Assembly (NCBI GenBank): GCA_040753435.1
Contig: JBFMEN010000047.1
Coordinates: 1-61,517, forward strand
Direction of reading: 5' to 3'
Length of the DNA stretch: 61,517 bases
Origin: Candidatus Omnitrophota bacterium
Lineage (GTDB): Bacteria > Omnitrophota > Gorgyraeia > Zapsychrales > JANLHA01
Under the pieces are notes generated by a model. The model ran no database searches. It was not told the origin of the DNA and was given only the letters and a program-made list of their open reading frames with translations. Shown piece after piece: positions 19,645-27,915 of the stretch (within the stretch, counting starts at the first letter, position 1; each line of letters begins with the position of its first letter). The position numbers and the translations under genes were made by a program.

Positions 19645-19786
19645 GGAAGCCCCTTCTTACTGTTTTTCCTGAAAGGTCTTGAGGAATTATAACATAATCT
19701 TCCTGCCTGGCAACGACTTTTTTCCCTTGAAAAAGGCTGATTTTTGAGCATCTGTTCCAAAAAAAACTAGTTCCGGAATTTTTTCA

Positions 19787-19795
19787 TGATATAAT
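19787..19795 (+). promoter_or_regulatory. extended -10 promoter of exeA (leaderless geometry)
   Basis: TGaTATAAT, a perfect extended -10 ending 8 nt before ATG 19804; no SD. Confidence 0.6.
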
Positions 19796-19803
19796 TCTGG
19801 CAT

Positions 19804-20619
19804 ATGTATAACGATTTCTATGGATTCAGAGAAAATCCGTTTAACGTAACATCCGACCCGGATTTTTTCTTTCCAAGTTCCCAGCACGAAGAAGCCTTTT
19901 CTCATCTCGTTTTTGGAATAAAACAAAGAAAAGGAATCTTAACCATTACCGGGGAAATCGGTACGGGGAAAACCACTCTTTGCCGTTCCCTGATCCGGCG
20001 CCTAGATCCCAGCATAAAAAGCGCTTTGATTCTGAATCCATATTTCTCGGAAGCCCAGCTTTTGCGCTTGATCATCACTGACCTTGGGATTGAGGGCAAA
20101 TTTAAAAACAAACTGGATTTAATCCAGGCCCTGAATCATTATCTTTTACAAGAATCCGCCGAAGGAAACAACGTTGTGCTTATCATTGATGAAGCTCAGG
20201 ATCTGAAGCCTCCTCAATTGGAACAAATACGTCTGCTGTCCAATCTCGAAACAGATAAAAACAAACTGCTCCAGATTATTCTGGTCGGCCAGCCAGAGCT
20301 GCTGGATAAGCTTCATCTCGATTCACTGCGCCAGCTCAATCAACGTGTTTCAATCAGGTACCACATGCTCCCGCTTAAAAAAGAAGAGACCGCCAGATAC
20401 ATTATCCATCGATTACGCATTGCGAGCGGTTGCAAAGACACCGAAGATCTCCCTGTAAAATTTACCGAAGAGGCTTTTGAAGCTGTTTATCATTTTTCAA
20501 AAGGGACCCCGCGTCTTATCAACACAATCTCTGACCGTGCCCTGCTTAATGGATTCGTTAAAGAATCCCGAACCATTGATCAACAGATAATATGCCAAGC
20601 AGCACGGGAAACAACCTGA
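19804..20619 (+). CDS. ExeA/GspA/MshM-family AAA ATPase (no peptidoglycan-binding domain)
   Basis: MYxxFYGFxENPF, GEIGTGKT, LIIDEAQ, LVGQPEL, GTPRLIN. Confidence 0.9.
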   Translation: MYNDFYGFRENPFNVTSDPDFFFPSSQHEEAFSHLVFGIKQRKGILTITGEIGTGKTTLCRSLIRRLDPSIKSALILNPYFSEAQLLRLIITDLGIEGKFKNKLDLIQALNHYLLQESAEGNNVVLIIDEAQDLKPPQLEQIRLLSNLETDKNKLLQIILVGQPELLDKLHLDSLRQLNQRVSIRYHMLPLKKEETARYIIHRLRIASGCKDTEDLPVKFTEEAFEAVYHFSKGTPRLINTISDRALLNGFVKESRTIDQQIICQAARETT

Positions 20620-20642
20620 TCAGACAATACGAAGGACTTATA

Positions 20643-21176
20643 ATGAGTACCATTCATGATGCCTTAAAAAAAGTTCAGGATAACATGCAGCCTGAAAACA
20701 TTCTGCCCGGGGAACAAAACGGACCAGAACAACCTAAAACTCATAATCCGTTCAACCCCCCGCCTTCCGCAAAACCTGAAGTTCCTGATAAGATGGAAGC
20801 AGGACAAAGAAAAAATGGAAAAAATTTTCTCGTCATTCTTTTTACAGTCTTAATCCTGTGCGGGTTGGGGTTTGCCCTGACTTACGGAATCGATCATCTC
20901 GAACTCTTTCTCTCGCGTCAGCACTTCCTTCCATTCAAAAAACAAATATCCGAAGTCGAAAAAAATGCACTTCCGGGCAATACGATTAAGGTTCAGGGTA
21001 CCATTATGATGGCGAAAGGAAGAACAGCGGCCCTGATCAACAGCGAAATTTATGAGGTTGGAGGCATTGTTAATGGTAAGAAAATTAAAAGCATTGATCG
21101 TAATACAGTAGTTGTCGCCGGGGAAGACGGTGTGGAAGAAATTCTAAGCGTTTCGAATAAACTATTTTCGCCCTAA
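20643..21176 (+). CDS. ExeB/GspB-like membrane protein
   Basis: MSTIHDALKK N-terminus, Pro-rich linker, one TM, C-terminal AALINxxxYxxGxxVNGxKIxxI beta domain; follows exeA. Confidence 0.7.
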   Translation: MSTIHDALKKVQDNMQPENILPGEQNGPEQPKTHNPFNPPPSAKPEVPDKMEAGQRKNGKNFLVILFTVLILCGLGFALTYGIDHLELFLSRQHFLPFKKQISEVEKNALPGNTIKVQGTIMMAKGRTAALINSEIYEVGGIVNGKKIKSIDRNTVVVAGEDGVEEILSVSNKLFSP

Positions 21177-22288
21177 TCGCAATCGCCTTTTTCAATAAAT
21201 TTATTAATCGATGATCGTATCAAGCCGTCATCGATATTTTCCTGAATTTTGACCTTGCCTAATCCTGTCATCAAAATAAAACGATTTCTCCCCGATTTAA
21301 ATTTCTTATCATGCCTCATGCAACGGAGAATATCATCAAGCGATATATTGTGAATCTGATTTGGAAGACCTGCTCTTGAAAGGGCATTATTAACTCGCTC
21401 GACAATATCAAGTTTAACAACTCCCAAAGCCAAAGATAGGTCTGCCGCAACCCGCATGCCAAGCGCTATCGCTTCTCCATGATTATATTCCTCATATTGA
21501 CAGGCGGCTTCAATCGCATGGCCGACGGTATGACCGAAATTGAGGATTGTCCTTAAACCCTGATGTTCTTTTTCGTCTCTTGAAACGATACTCGCTTTTA
21601 TTCTGCTGCACTGGGCAACAACTTCAGTTAGAAGTTTTTGATTTAAATTAAGAAGATCCTCCACCCTGCTCTCAATCATTTCAAACAAACCTTTATCGCA
21701 AATAATGCCATACTTTACTGCTTCGGCCAAACCAGCCTGGATTTGACGCTTGTCAAGAGTCGCCAGAACAGAGACATCACTAAATACAAGACGGGGATGA
21801 TAAAAAGCGCCAACAAGATTTTTGCCGAAAGGCAAATCAATGGCTACTTTTCCCCCTATAGATGAATCAATCTGGGCCAGAAAGGTTGTGGGCACCTGAA
21901 TATAAGGAACTCCGCGTTTGAAACAGGAGGCGACATAACCCACCAAATCTCCGACCACCCCCCCGCCAAATGCAACGAGAAAAATGCTTTTGCCAGCATA
22001 CCGGTCTGCGATCTGATGAATCAGTTCAAACGCGGTTTCTGCCGACTTGCTTGCCTCCCCGCTGGGAATTTCTATGAAATCGACTTCAAACCCGTTTTTT
22101 CTCAACCCCGATGCCAACAGATTCCCATGATTGGATTTGATGGCGGGATTCGTCACAATAACCGCAGTATGGCCCAGACCAAGACCCGTTAATTGGCTTC
22201 CTAAATCTTCAAGACAGGAGTGCCCGATGACAATTTCATATTTTTCAATATCCCGTTTAATTTCAACAGCTATTGGTCTCGAAGACAT
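21173..22288 (-). CDS. aroB: 3-dehydroquinate synthase
   Basis: GGGVVGD, PTTFLAQIDSSIGGK, LNFGHTVGHAIE, HGEAI. Confidence 0.97.
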   Translation of the reverse strand: MSSRPIAVEIKRDIEKYEIVIGHSCLEDLGSQLTGLGLGHTAVIVTNPAIKSNHGNLLASGLRKNGFEVDFIEIPSGEASKSAETAFELIHQIADRYAGKSIFLVAFGGGVVGDLVGYVASCFKRGVPYIQVPTTFLAQIDSSIGGKVAIDLPFGKNLVGAFYHPRLVFSDVSVLATLDKRQIQAGLAEAVKYGIICDKGLFEMIESRVEDLLNLNQKLLTEVVAQCSRIKASIVSRDEKEHQGLRTILNFGHTVGHAIEAACQYEEYNHGEAIALGMRVAADLSLALGVVKLDIVERVNNALSRAGLPNQIHNISLDDILRCMRHDKKFKSGRNRFILMTGLGKVKIQENIDDGLIRSSINKFIEKGDCD

Positions 22289-22302
22289 AACCCGTTCCTT
22301 TT

Positions 22303-22914
22303 CTAAAAATAAACATCAATACCCAGTAAACTCGCGCTCTTGAAAACCAGCAACGTGATTAAATTAAACAATCCGAAGTTCAATAAAATTAGTACAATAA
22401 TAATACCAAAGCGTTCCATTTTTGCATAATGATAAGCTAAAGATTCCGGAAGCAGACTAAAAAGCACTCTGGAACCGTCCAACGGTGGAATCGGTGTCAG
22501 ATTAAAAAAAGCGAGAATTAAATTTACAAAAACGATTGTGATAAGGAAACCCCGTAACTGCAGCGGTATGTCGTCAAGCAGATGAAAAAGTCCGACAGAG
22601 ATCAACGCAAGTAAAATATTTGTAAGAGGGCCTGCCAAACCAACCCACAACATGTCTCGCTTTGGATTACGCAACTGATTAAAATTGACAGGAACCGGTT
22701 TCGCCCAACCAATTGGAAAAAGGCCGAGCATTCTGAGAAGAGCAGGCAAAATAAGTGTTCCGAAAGGATCGATATGTTTGAAAGGATTTAATGTCAAACG
22801 CCCTGCCTCCTTGGCCGTTTTATCCCCGAACCATAAAGCCACAAGGCCATGAGCGCATTCATGAAAGATAACAGAGAATAACAACACACCGATCATTGCA
22901 GCAGTTTGCAGCAT
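22303..22914 (-). CDS. site-2 protease family (M50) metallopeptidase
   Basis: HECAH, GRLTLNP, AGP, FNLTPIPPLDG. Confidence 0.93.
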   Translation of the reverse strand: MLQTAAMIGVLLFSVIFHECAHGLVALWFGDKTAKEAGRLTLNPFKHIDPFGTLILPALLRMLGLFPIGWAKPVPVNFNQLRNPKRDMLWVGLAGPLTNILLALISVGLFHLLDDIPLQLRGFLITIVFVNLILAFFNLTPIPPLDGSRVLFSLLPESLAYHYAKMERFGIIIVLILLNFGLFNLITLLVFKSASLLGIDVYF

Positions 22915-22932
22915 ACAAAGTCCCTTCTGTCT

Positions 22933-23784
22933 TCAAATAACTAATAATACTTTTATTATGAGCAAGACAGGATAATCCAGGCTCATCTCGTTTTGGGGAA
23001 GGCCTTCAATTTGAACGCATTGGTCCAGAAAGCTGTCCAGCACGCTCCGATAACCCATAAGGTAAAATGTCTGGCCGTCATCGGTGGTGATTTGGTGACG
23101 GATATTTTCATTGGAGGTTTGAGAAATTAGTTTAACAGTACCCTTTAAAAATACTTTTATCTTCTCTTCTTCGGCCCTTAACCTCTCTTCTTCGGCCTGT
23201 CGTCTTGCCTCTTCCTGGCGTCTTAAAGTATAAATATTTTTGGTGGGTAATTGAACGACCCGGGGAGGAGCTGTTTCTTTGGAATGAAAATCAACAAAAT
23301 CGACATAAACCCAGCCATAAGTTCCCTCGACAGGAGAAATAGCGTACCAGTCATCCAGGGTCTCAAGCAACTGAACTTTTGTCAGCTTGTTGAGTTGGCC
23401 GATCACGGATGAATTCAGATCTTTTCTGGCCCGAATATTAACATGATTGCCATTGATCTCACCGATTCCATCCCGTAAAAAATTAACAAGCTTCCGATTC
23501 ACGTAACATTTAACGTTTTCCGGAAGCTTGACCCGATACCAGCTAAAACTTTTCTCTACGACCGTAACTTTGTCGCCCTTTTTAAATACGCCCAGGGTCT
23601 CAAAACTTTCATCCTGGCCGGCCCGAATGTTCGCCTTTTCCACATTGACAATTCCTGTAAAAGGAAATTCCTGGGCATAGACGTAACTAACATTCAACAA
23701 AAATAAAACCACAAGGCAGGCAGAATGGCTGCGTCTTATCAATGAAAAAAAAATTCCTGCAGTTTGCCGGGAAAAATTTTTCAA
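22933..23784 (-). CDS. secreted protein with two bacterial SH3 domains
   Basis: signal peptide; two repeats of N(I/V)RA...G...W(Y) SH3b pattern; charged linker; TTG start. Confidence 0.8.
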   Translation of the reverse strand: MKNFSRQTAGIFFSLIRRSHSACLVVLFLLNVSYVYAQEFPFTGIVNVEKANIRAGQDESFETLGVFKKGDKVTVVEKSFSWYRVKLPENVKCYVNRKLVNFLRDGIGEINGNHVNIRARKDLNSSVIGQLNKLTKVQLLETLDDWYAISPVEGTYGWVYVDFVDFHSKETAPPRVVQLPTKNIYTLRRQEEARRQAEEERLRAEEEKIKVFLKGTVKLISQTSNENIRHQITTDDGQTFYLMGYRSVLDSFLDQCVQIEGLPQNEMSLDYPVLLIIKVLLVI

Positions 23785-23786
23785 CG

Positions 23787-24053
23787 TTACTTGGTCTTGG
23801 TAGCTGCTTTGGTTTCTTTACCCTTGGCGCCAGTTGCCGAAGCTGCTGTCGTGCCGGCGGCCGTCTCTTCTTTAGCCGTCTTAGTCTTGCGTGCTTTCAC
23901 CTTGACAATCTTTGTCTTGGGTAAAGAGGTCACTTTTTGACTCTCTTCCCACTGTCCTTTTTGGATTAAGTCTTTAATCCTTTCAATACGGGTAAGGACC
24001 GTTCGCTGTTGGGTACCGGCAGCATCGACTCTTAATGATGGATGTAATGACAT
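23787..24053 (-). CDS. small basic protein (PVC superphylum signature protein, TIGR04137-like) with Lys/Ala/Thr tail
   Basis: MSLHPSL...RTVLTRIERI..L...G.W....V..LPK pattern. Confidence 0.8.
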   Translation of the reverse strand: MSLHPSLRVDAAGTQQRTVLTRIERIKDLIQKGQWEESQKVTSLPKTKIVKVKARKTKTAKEETAAGTTAASATGAKGKETKAATKTK

Positions 24054-24054
24054 A

Positions 24055-24663
24055 TCATAGACTCCTTATATAACAATCCGAATATTTTTTCTTTAATCCT
24101 CGATAAACTGACTTGGCCTGATTACTATCAGCAAACCTGCCAACACAGACAATATAATATGAACCTTTACCAGCAATAAATGCCTCATAACCCGCTTTGA
24201 TCAAGTCATCGGCTTCCCGCTGGGCGCGCCCTTTTTCTTTAAAAGAGGCGACTTGAATAGTATGTATTTTCGCTAATGTATCTTTTTTGTCAACACTTTT
24301 CTCCGGTTCACTCAAAGCAGGCATACCCGTTTGAGCTTCCTCTTTTGTAACTTGTTGCGAATCATGTGATTCTGATTTTACTTCAAAAGCTGCGGGAACT
24401 GTTACAGAAGCGACTAACGGGGTTTGGGCAAAATTTTCAGGCGTCTTGCTGAAAATCTTTTTCCTGATGTTCCTCCCTTTTTCGACTCCCAGGGAAAAAG
24501 CGACAATGCCGATCATAATAATGAAAACACAAAGAATAATGATATTTTCCAAAGACAGATGAAAAGACCGATTAAAAAAAAGGGGCTGGCTCTTTTGACC
24601 AGATTCACGAGCCGCACCAGGAAAAAGTTCAAATTGAGATTGTCGATTAAAAAAATTACTCAT
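24055..24663 (-). CDS. membrane-anchored SPOR domain protein
   Basis: one TM (FSLGVEKG), C-terminal IQVASF...VCVGRF...A...L SPOR pattern. Confidence 0.82.
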   Translation of the reverse strand: MSNFFNRQSQFELFPGAARESGQKSQPLFFNRSFHLSLENIIILCVFIIMIGIVAFSLGVEKGRNIRKKIFSKTPENFAQTPLVASVTVPAAFEVKSESHDSQQVTKEEAQTGMPALSEPEKSVDKKDTLAKIHTIQVASFKEKGRAQREADDLIKAGYEAFIAGKGSYYIVCVGRFADSNQAKSVYRGLKKKYSDCYIRSL

Positions 24664-25709
24664 TTCCCTATCGGAGATTTCCCCATGTGTTTCATAATAT
24701 TCAAATTCTTCTTGAACATTTTCTGAGAATAAAGTTGACAGAAAACTTTAATGATCTTGGGATCAAACTGTGAGCCGCTGTTCTGCTTCAATTCTTCAAC
24801 CGCTTCTCCGATTGATAACGGCCCTTTATAAGGTCTCCCGCCAATCATGGCTTCAAAAGCATCAACAACAGCCATGATCCGGGCGCCTAAAGGAATCTGT
24901 TCCTTTTTTAAACCCAACGGATATCCTGTCCCGTCGTACTTCTCATGATGATAAAGAATCAAAGGCAAAACCGGCTTCAAAAACTCTACGGGTTTAATTA
25001 ATTCTGCGGCTTTTGAAGGCATGTCTCTGATAATCTGGAATTCCTGCGGCGTCAACTGACTGTTTTTTGACAACAATTCATAGGGAACGTTTAATGCGCC
25101 GATATCCCGTAAAACACTGGCATAATAAAGGTTTTCCATTCCCAACTGGCTCATGTGCATCTTTTCAGCGAGAGACCTTGCGATATTATAATAAACAGAA
25201 ACATGATGGGAACGCAGGGCGGTTTTTTCAAGAAGGCCTCCTACCAATTTAATACTGCTTAAAATCGTTCTCTGTTGTTGCTCGTGAAGCTGAAGATTCT
25301 TTATGGCAGTAACTGATTGTTCGGCAAATACAGAAAGAATTTCCCTGTCATAATCTTTGAACGCTTCCTCTTTTCTGGCGCGTTTGACAAAAATTGCGCC
25401 GACAGTATCATCCGCTACGAGCGGTAATCCCAAAAGATGAGATTCAATAAGAGGGTATCCCTCTGTCACCCGAAGCTCTTTTCTGGAAATCTTCTGAAGA
25501 TCTTTCTTTTTGTCTAAAAGAATATTGATCTGATTGTCAAAGATGGCTACCATCACAATTTTTTTTTGATCAGGATCAAGGATAAAAACCCTTGCGGATT
25601 GAGCTTTGATAAACTGGCAAAGAAGCCGGGTCAACCTCAAAGAAAGCTCGCGGACATTATAAGTTGAGTTGACCAGACGATAAACCATATGAACTGCCGA
25701 GAGTATCAT
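24660..25709 (-). CDS. GAF plus degenerate HD-GYP domain protein
   Basis: GAF-like N-terminus; LRDIG in place of LHDIG; HHEKYDGTGYP, IPLGARI; start uncertain (ATG 25709 or TTG 25757). Confidence 0.82.
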   Translation of the reverse strand: MILSAVHMVYRLVNSTYNVRELSLRLTRLLCQFIKAQSARVFILDPDQKKIVMVAIFDNQINILLDKKKDLQKISRKELRVTEGYPLIESHLLGLPLVADDTVGAIFVKRARKEEAFKDYDREILSVFAEQSVTAIKNLQLHEQQQRTILSSIKLVGGLLEKTALRSHHVSVYYNIARSLAEKMHMSQLGMENLYYASVLRDIGALNVPYELLSKNSQLTPQEFQIIRDMPSKAAELIKPVEFLKPVLPLILYHHEKYDGTGYPLGLKKEQIPLGARIMAVVDAFEAMIGGRPYKGPLSIGEAVEELKQNSGSQFDPKIIKVFCQLYSQKMFKKNLNIMKHMGKSPIGK

Positions 25710-25761
25710 ATGGCATTGCTGTTTGCCTTTTCGATTTTTATTTTCTGATCCATTCAAGTCA

Positions 25762-26925
25762 TTATACCTTTGTATACGCGTCGAAAAAACGTTTATGCTC
25801 ATCCATTGCGGACCTGTCCGTCATTCCCGCAATATAATTACAAATAATAAGATATTCTTCCTCCTCACTGCACCCTGTCCTGGGATATACTTCCGGAGGC
25901 AGTTGATTCGGCTCTTTAAGATAAACATCGAACAGGGCTTTGATAATCCTCTTGGCCTTATTCGTCATTCTTAAAACCCTGTAATGATTATATAACTTGT
26001 TGAACAAAAGTGACTGAAGTTCATCACGCAGAGCCTTCATTTGGTTACTAAAGCTGATCACTGGCTGGCGATAAACCTTCACATCTTCAGCGGATGAAAA
26101 ATTCAATCCCGGGAGCCGCTGGCTCGTGTTCCATAAAAGATCCTGTACCTGCATATCAATAAGCGCTTTAACGACCTGATACCGAAGCATCTCCAGATCA
26201 TGAAAATGCACATTGTTCCCCAGTCTCTCCAGGGCCTTGCACCAAAGCTCACTCTCCTTTAAATCATCAATAGTAATACAGCCTGATTTCAGCCCGTCAT
26301 CGACATCATGATTCAAATAGGCCAATGAATCGGCAAAATCAACAACCTGGGCTTCCAAAGTCGGGCCTTCATCCCTGTATTCTGTCAGAAATCCTGCCTC
26401 ATCATAGGAGGACTGATGCTTCAGAATTCCCACCAAAACCTCTCTCGTTAGATTAAGGCCGTCGAAATCAGGGTAACGTTTCTCAAACTGGGTGACGATT
26501 TGAAAGCTGCGCATATTATGATTAAAACCTTTGTAATTCGCCTGTTTCATGATTGCGGTCAAGGCCTCTTCTCCCGCATGACCGAAAGGCGGGTGTCCCA
26601 AATCATGCGCAAGGGCAATGGCTTCAATCAAGTCCTCATTTAATTGCAAGCTGCGTCCGATGGTCCGCCCGATTTGCGCCACTTCAATCGTATGAGTCAA
26701 CCGTGTCCGATAATAATCGCCTTCAAAGATAACAAAAACCTGTGTCTTGTATTCAAGCTTTCGAAAGGCCTGACTGTGGACGATGCGATCTCTATCCCTT
26801 TGATAAGCGGTGCGCACTGGATGGTCAGCCTCCTTGAATTTCCTTCCGCGGCTGTCCCGGCTTTTCATGGCATATGGAGCCAGGTTCTCAATTTCAAGTT
26901 GTTCGAATTTTTCCCTTGTTCTCAT
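25762..26925 (-). CDS. dgt: deoxyguanosinetriphosphate triphosphohydrolase-like HD protein (short form)
   Basis: RDRDRIVHS, RKLEYKTQV, RTRLTHT, AHDLGHPPFGHAGE, YIAGMTD. Confidence 0.94.
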   Translation of the reverse strand: MRTREKFEQLEIENLAPYAMKSRDSRGRKFKEADHPVRTAYQRDRDRIVHSQAFRKLEYKTQVFVIFEGDYYRTRLTHTIEVAQIGRTIGRSLQLNEDLIEAIALAHDLGHPPFGHAGEEALTAIMKQANYKGFNHNMRSFQIVTQFEKRYPDFDGLNLTREVLVGILKHQSSYDEAGFLTEYRDEGPTLEAQVVDFADSLAYLNHDVDDGLKSGCITIDDLKESELWCKALERLGNNVHFHDLEMLRYQVVKALIDMQVQDLLWNTSQRLPGLNFSSAEDVKVYRQPVISFSNQMKALRDELQSLLFNKLYNHYRVLRMTNKAKRIIKALFDVYLKEPNQLPPEVYPRTGCSEEEEYLIICNYIAGMTDRSAMDEHKRFFDAYTKV

Positions 26926-27416
26926 TTATTCTTCTTCTTATCCGCCTCAATCAACTTCTGATGGAGCTCCTCTAAGGATTGTGATATGACCTTCACGTCG
27001 CCCAACACCGGCATGAAATTGACGTCGCCGGTCCACCGAGGAACAAGATGCATATGCAGATGTTTCGGAATTCCTGCACCGGCAGCATGCCCTATGTTCA
27101 TTCCAATGTTAAAACCGTCAGGATGCAACACTTCCTGGAGCAGCTCCTTCATATACGCCAACAAATCAAAAAATTCCAGGCGCTCGGCGTCTTTCATTTT
27201 ATTCAAATCATCAACGTGCCTGTACGGGACAATCAGCAAATGGCCATTGTTATAAGGAAAAATGTTGAGCACGGCATAACAATGCTTCCAGCGAACGACA
27301 ACATAATCCTGAGCAGAACGTTCTTCTTTAGCCAATTTACAAAAAAGGCATCCCTTGCCCTTCTTGCCGATTGTCGTTAAATACTGTACCCGCCAAGGCG
27401 CCCATAACCGTTGCAT
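26922..27416 (-). CDS. HIT-family hydrolase (Ap4A phosphorylase-like)
   Basis: LWAPWR, CLFC, NIFPYNNGH, AGAGIPKHLHMHLVPRW. Confidence 0.92.
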   Translation of the reverse strand: MQRLWAPWRVQYLTTIGKKGKGCLFCKLAKEERSAQDYVVVRWKHCYAVLNIFPYNNGHLLIVPYRHVDDLNKMKDAERLEFFDLLAYMKELLQEVLHPDGFNIGMNIGHAAGAGIPKHLHMHLVPRWTGDVNFMPVLGDVKVISQSLEELHQKLIEADKKKNK

Positions 27417-27429
27417 ATTATCCCACCTT

Positions 27430-27909
27430 TTATTTCACCCTGACAATCTTTGTTTTAACGGAATTCCCCTCTATTTTTATTACACCATAAGAACAGTACG
27501 GAGCGAAAATTTCATCGTTGGGACTCCCCGGATTAAAAAAAACAACTCCGTCGATCTTCTTATTGAAAGGCTCATGAGAATGTCCGAAAATAATTACGTC
27601 CACATCCTCGTCCTTAAACTCATCTTTAATATGATCGATTAGATGCTCGGGAGAACCTTCCCCGTGCAGTACTCCGATACACACCCCATCATACTTTAAG
27701 ATCAAACGCCGCGGCAATTTTTTTCGCAAAACCTGATCGTCCATATTCCCATAAACCGCCTCCACATCATTAATTTGTTCAATCTCACCTAACATCTTCG
27801 TATCACAGATATCTCCAGCGTGAATAATCAAATCGGCCTTGGGAAGCTCTTTTCGAACTTGCGGCGGGAGGCTGCGGGAATGTGTGTCTGATAAAACAAT
27901 GATTTTCAT
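27430..27909 (-). CDS. YfcE/MJ0936-family metallophosphoesterase
   Basis: SDTH, HAGD, YGNMD, HG, FGHSH, NPGS. Confidence 0.93.
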   Translation of the reverse strand: MKIIVLSDTHSRSLPPQVRKELPKADLIIHAGDICDTKMLGEIEQINDVEAVYGNMDDQVLRKKLPRRLILKYDGVCIGVLHGEGSPEHLIDHIKDEFKDEDVDVIIFGHSHEPFNKKIDGVVFFNPGSPNDEIFAPYCSYGVIKIEGNSVKTKIVRVK

Positions 27910-27915
27910 AAATAA

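Noticed and set aside
19687-19926. 79-aa minus-strand ORF
   Set aside because: It overlaps the exeA promoter and coding start on the opposite strand and has no recognisable motif.
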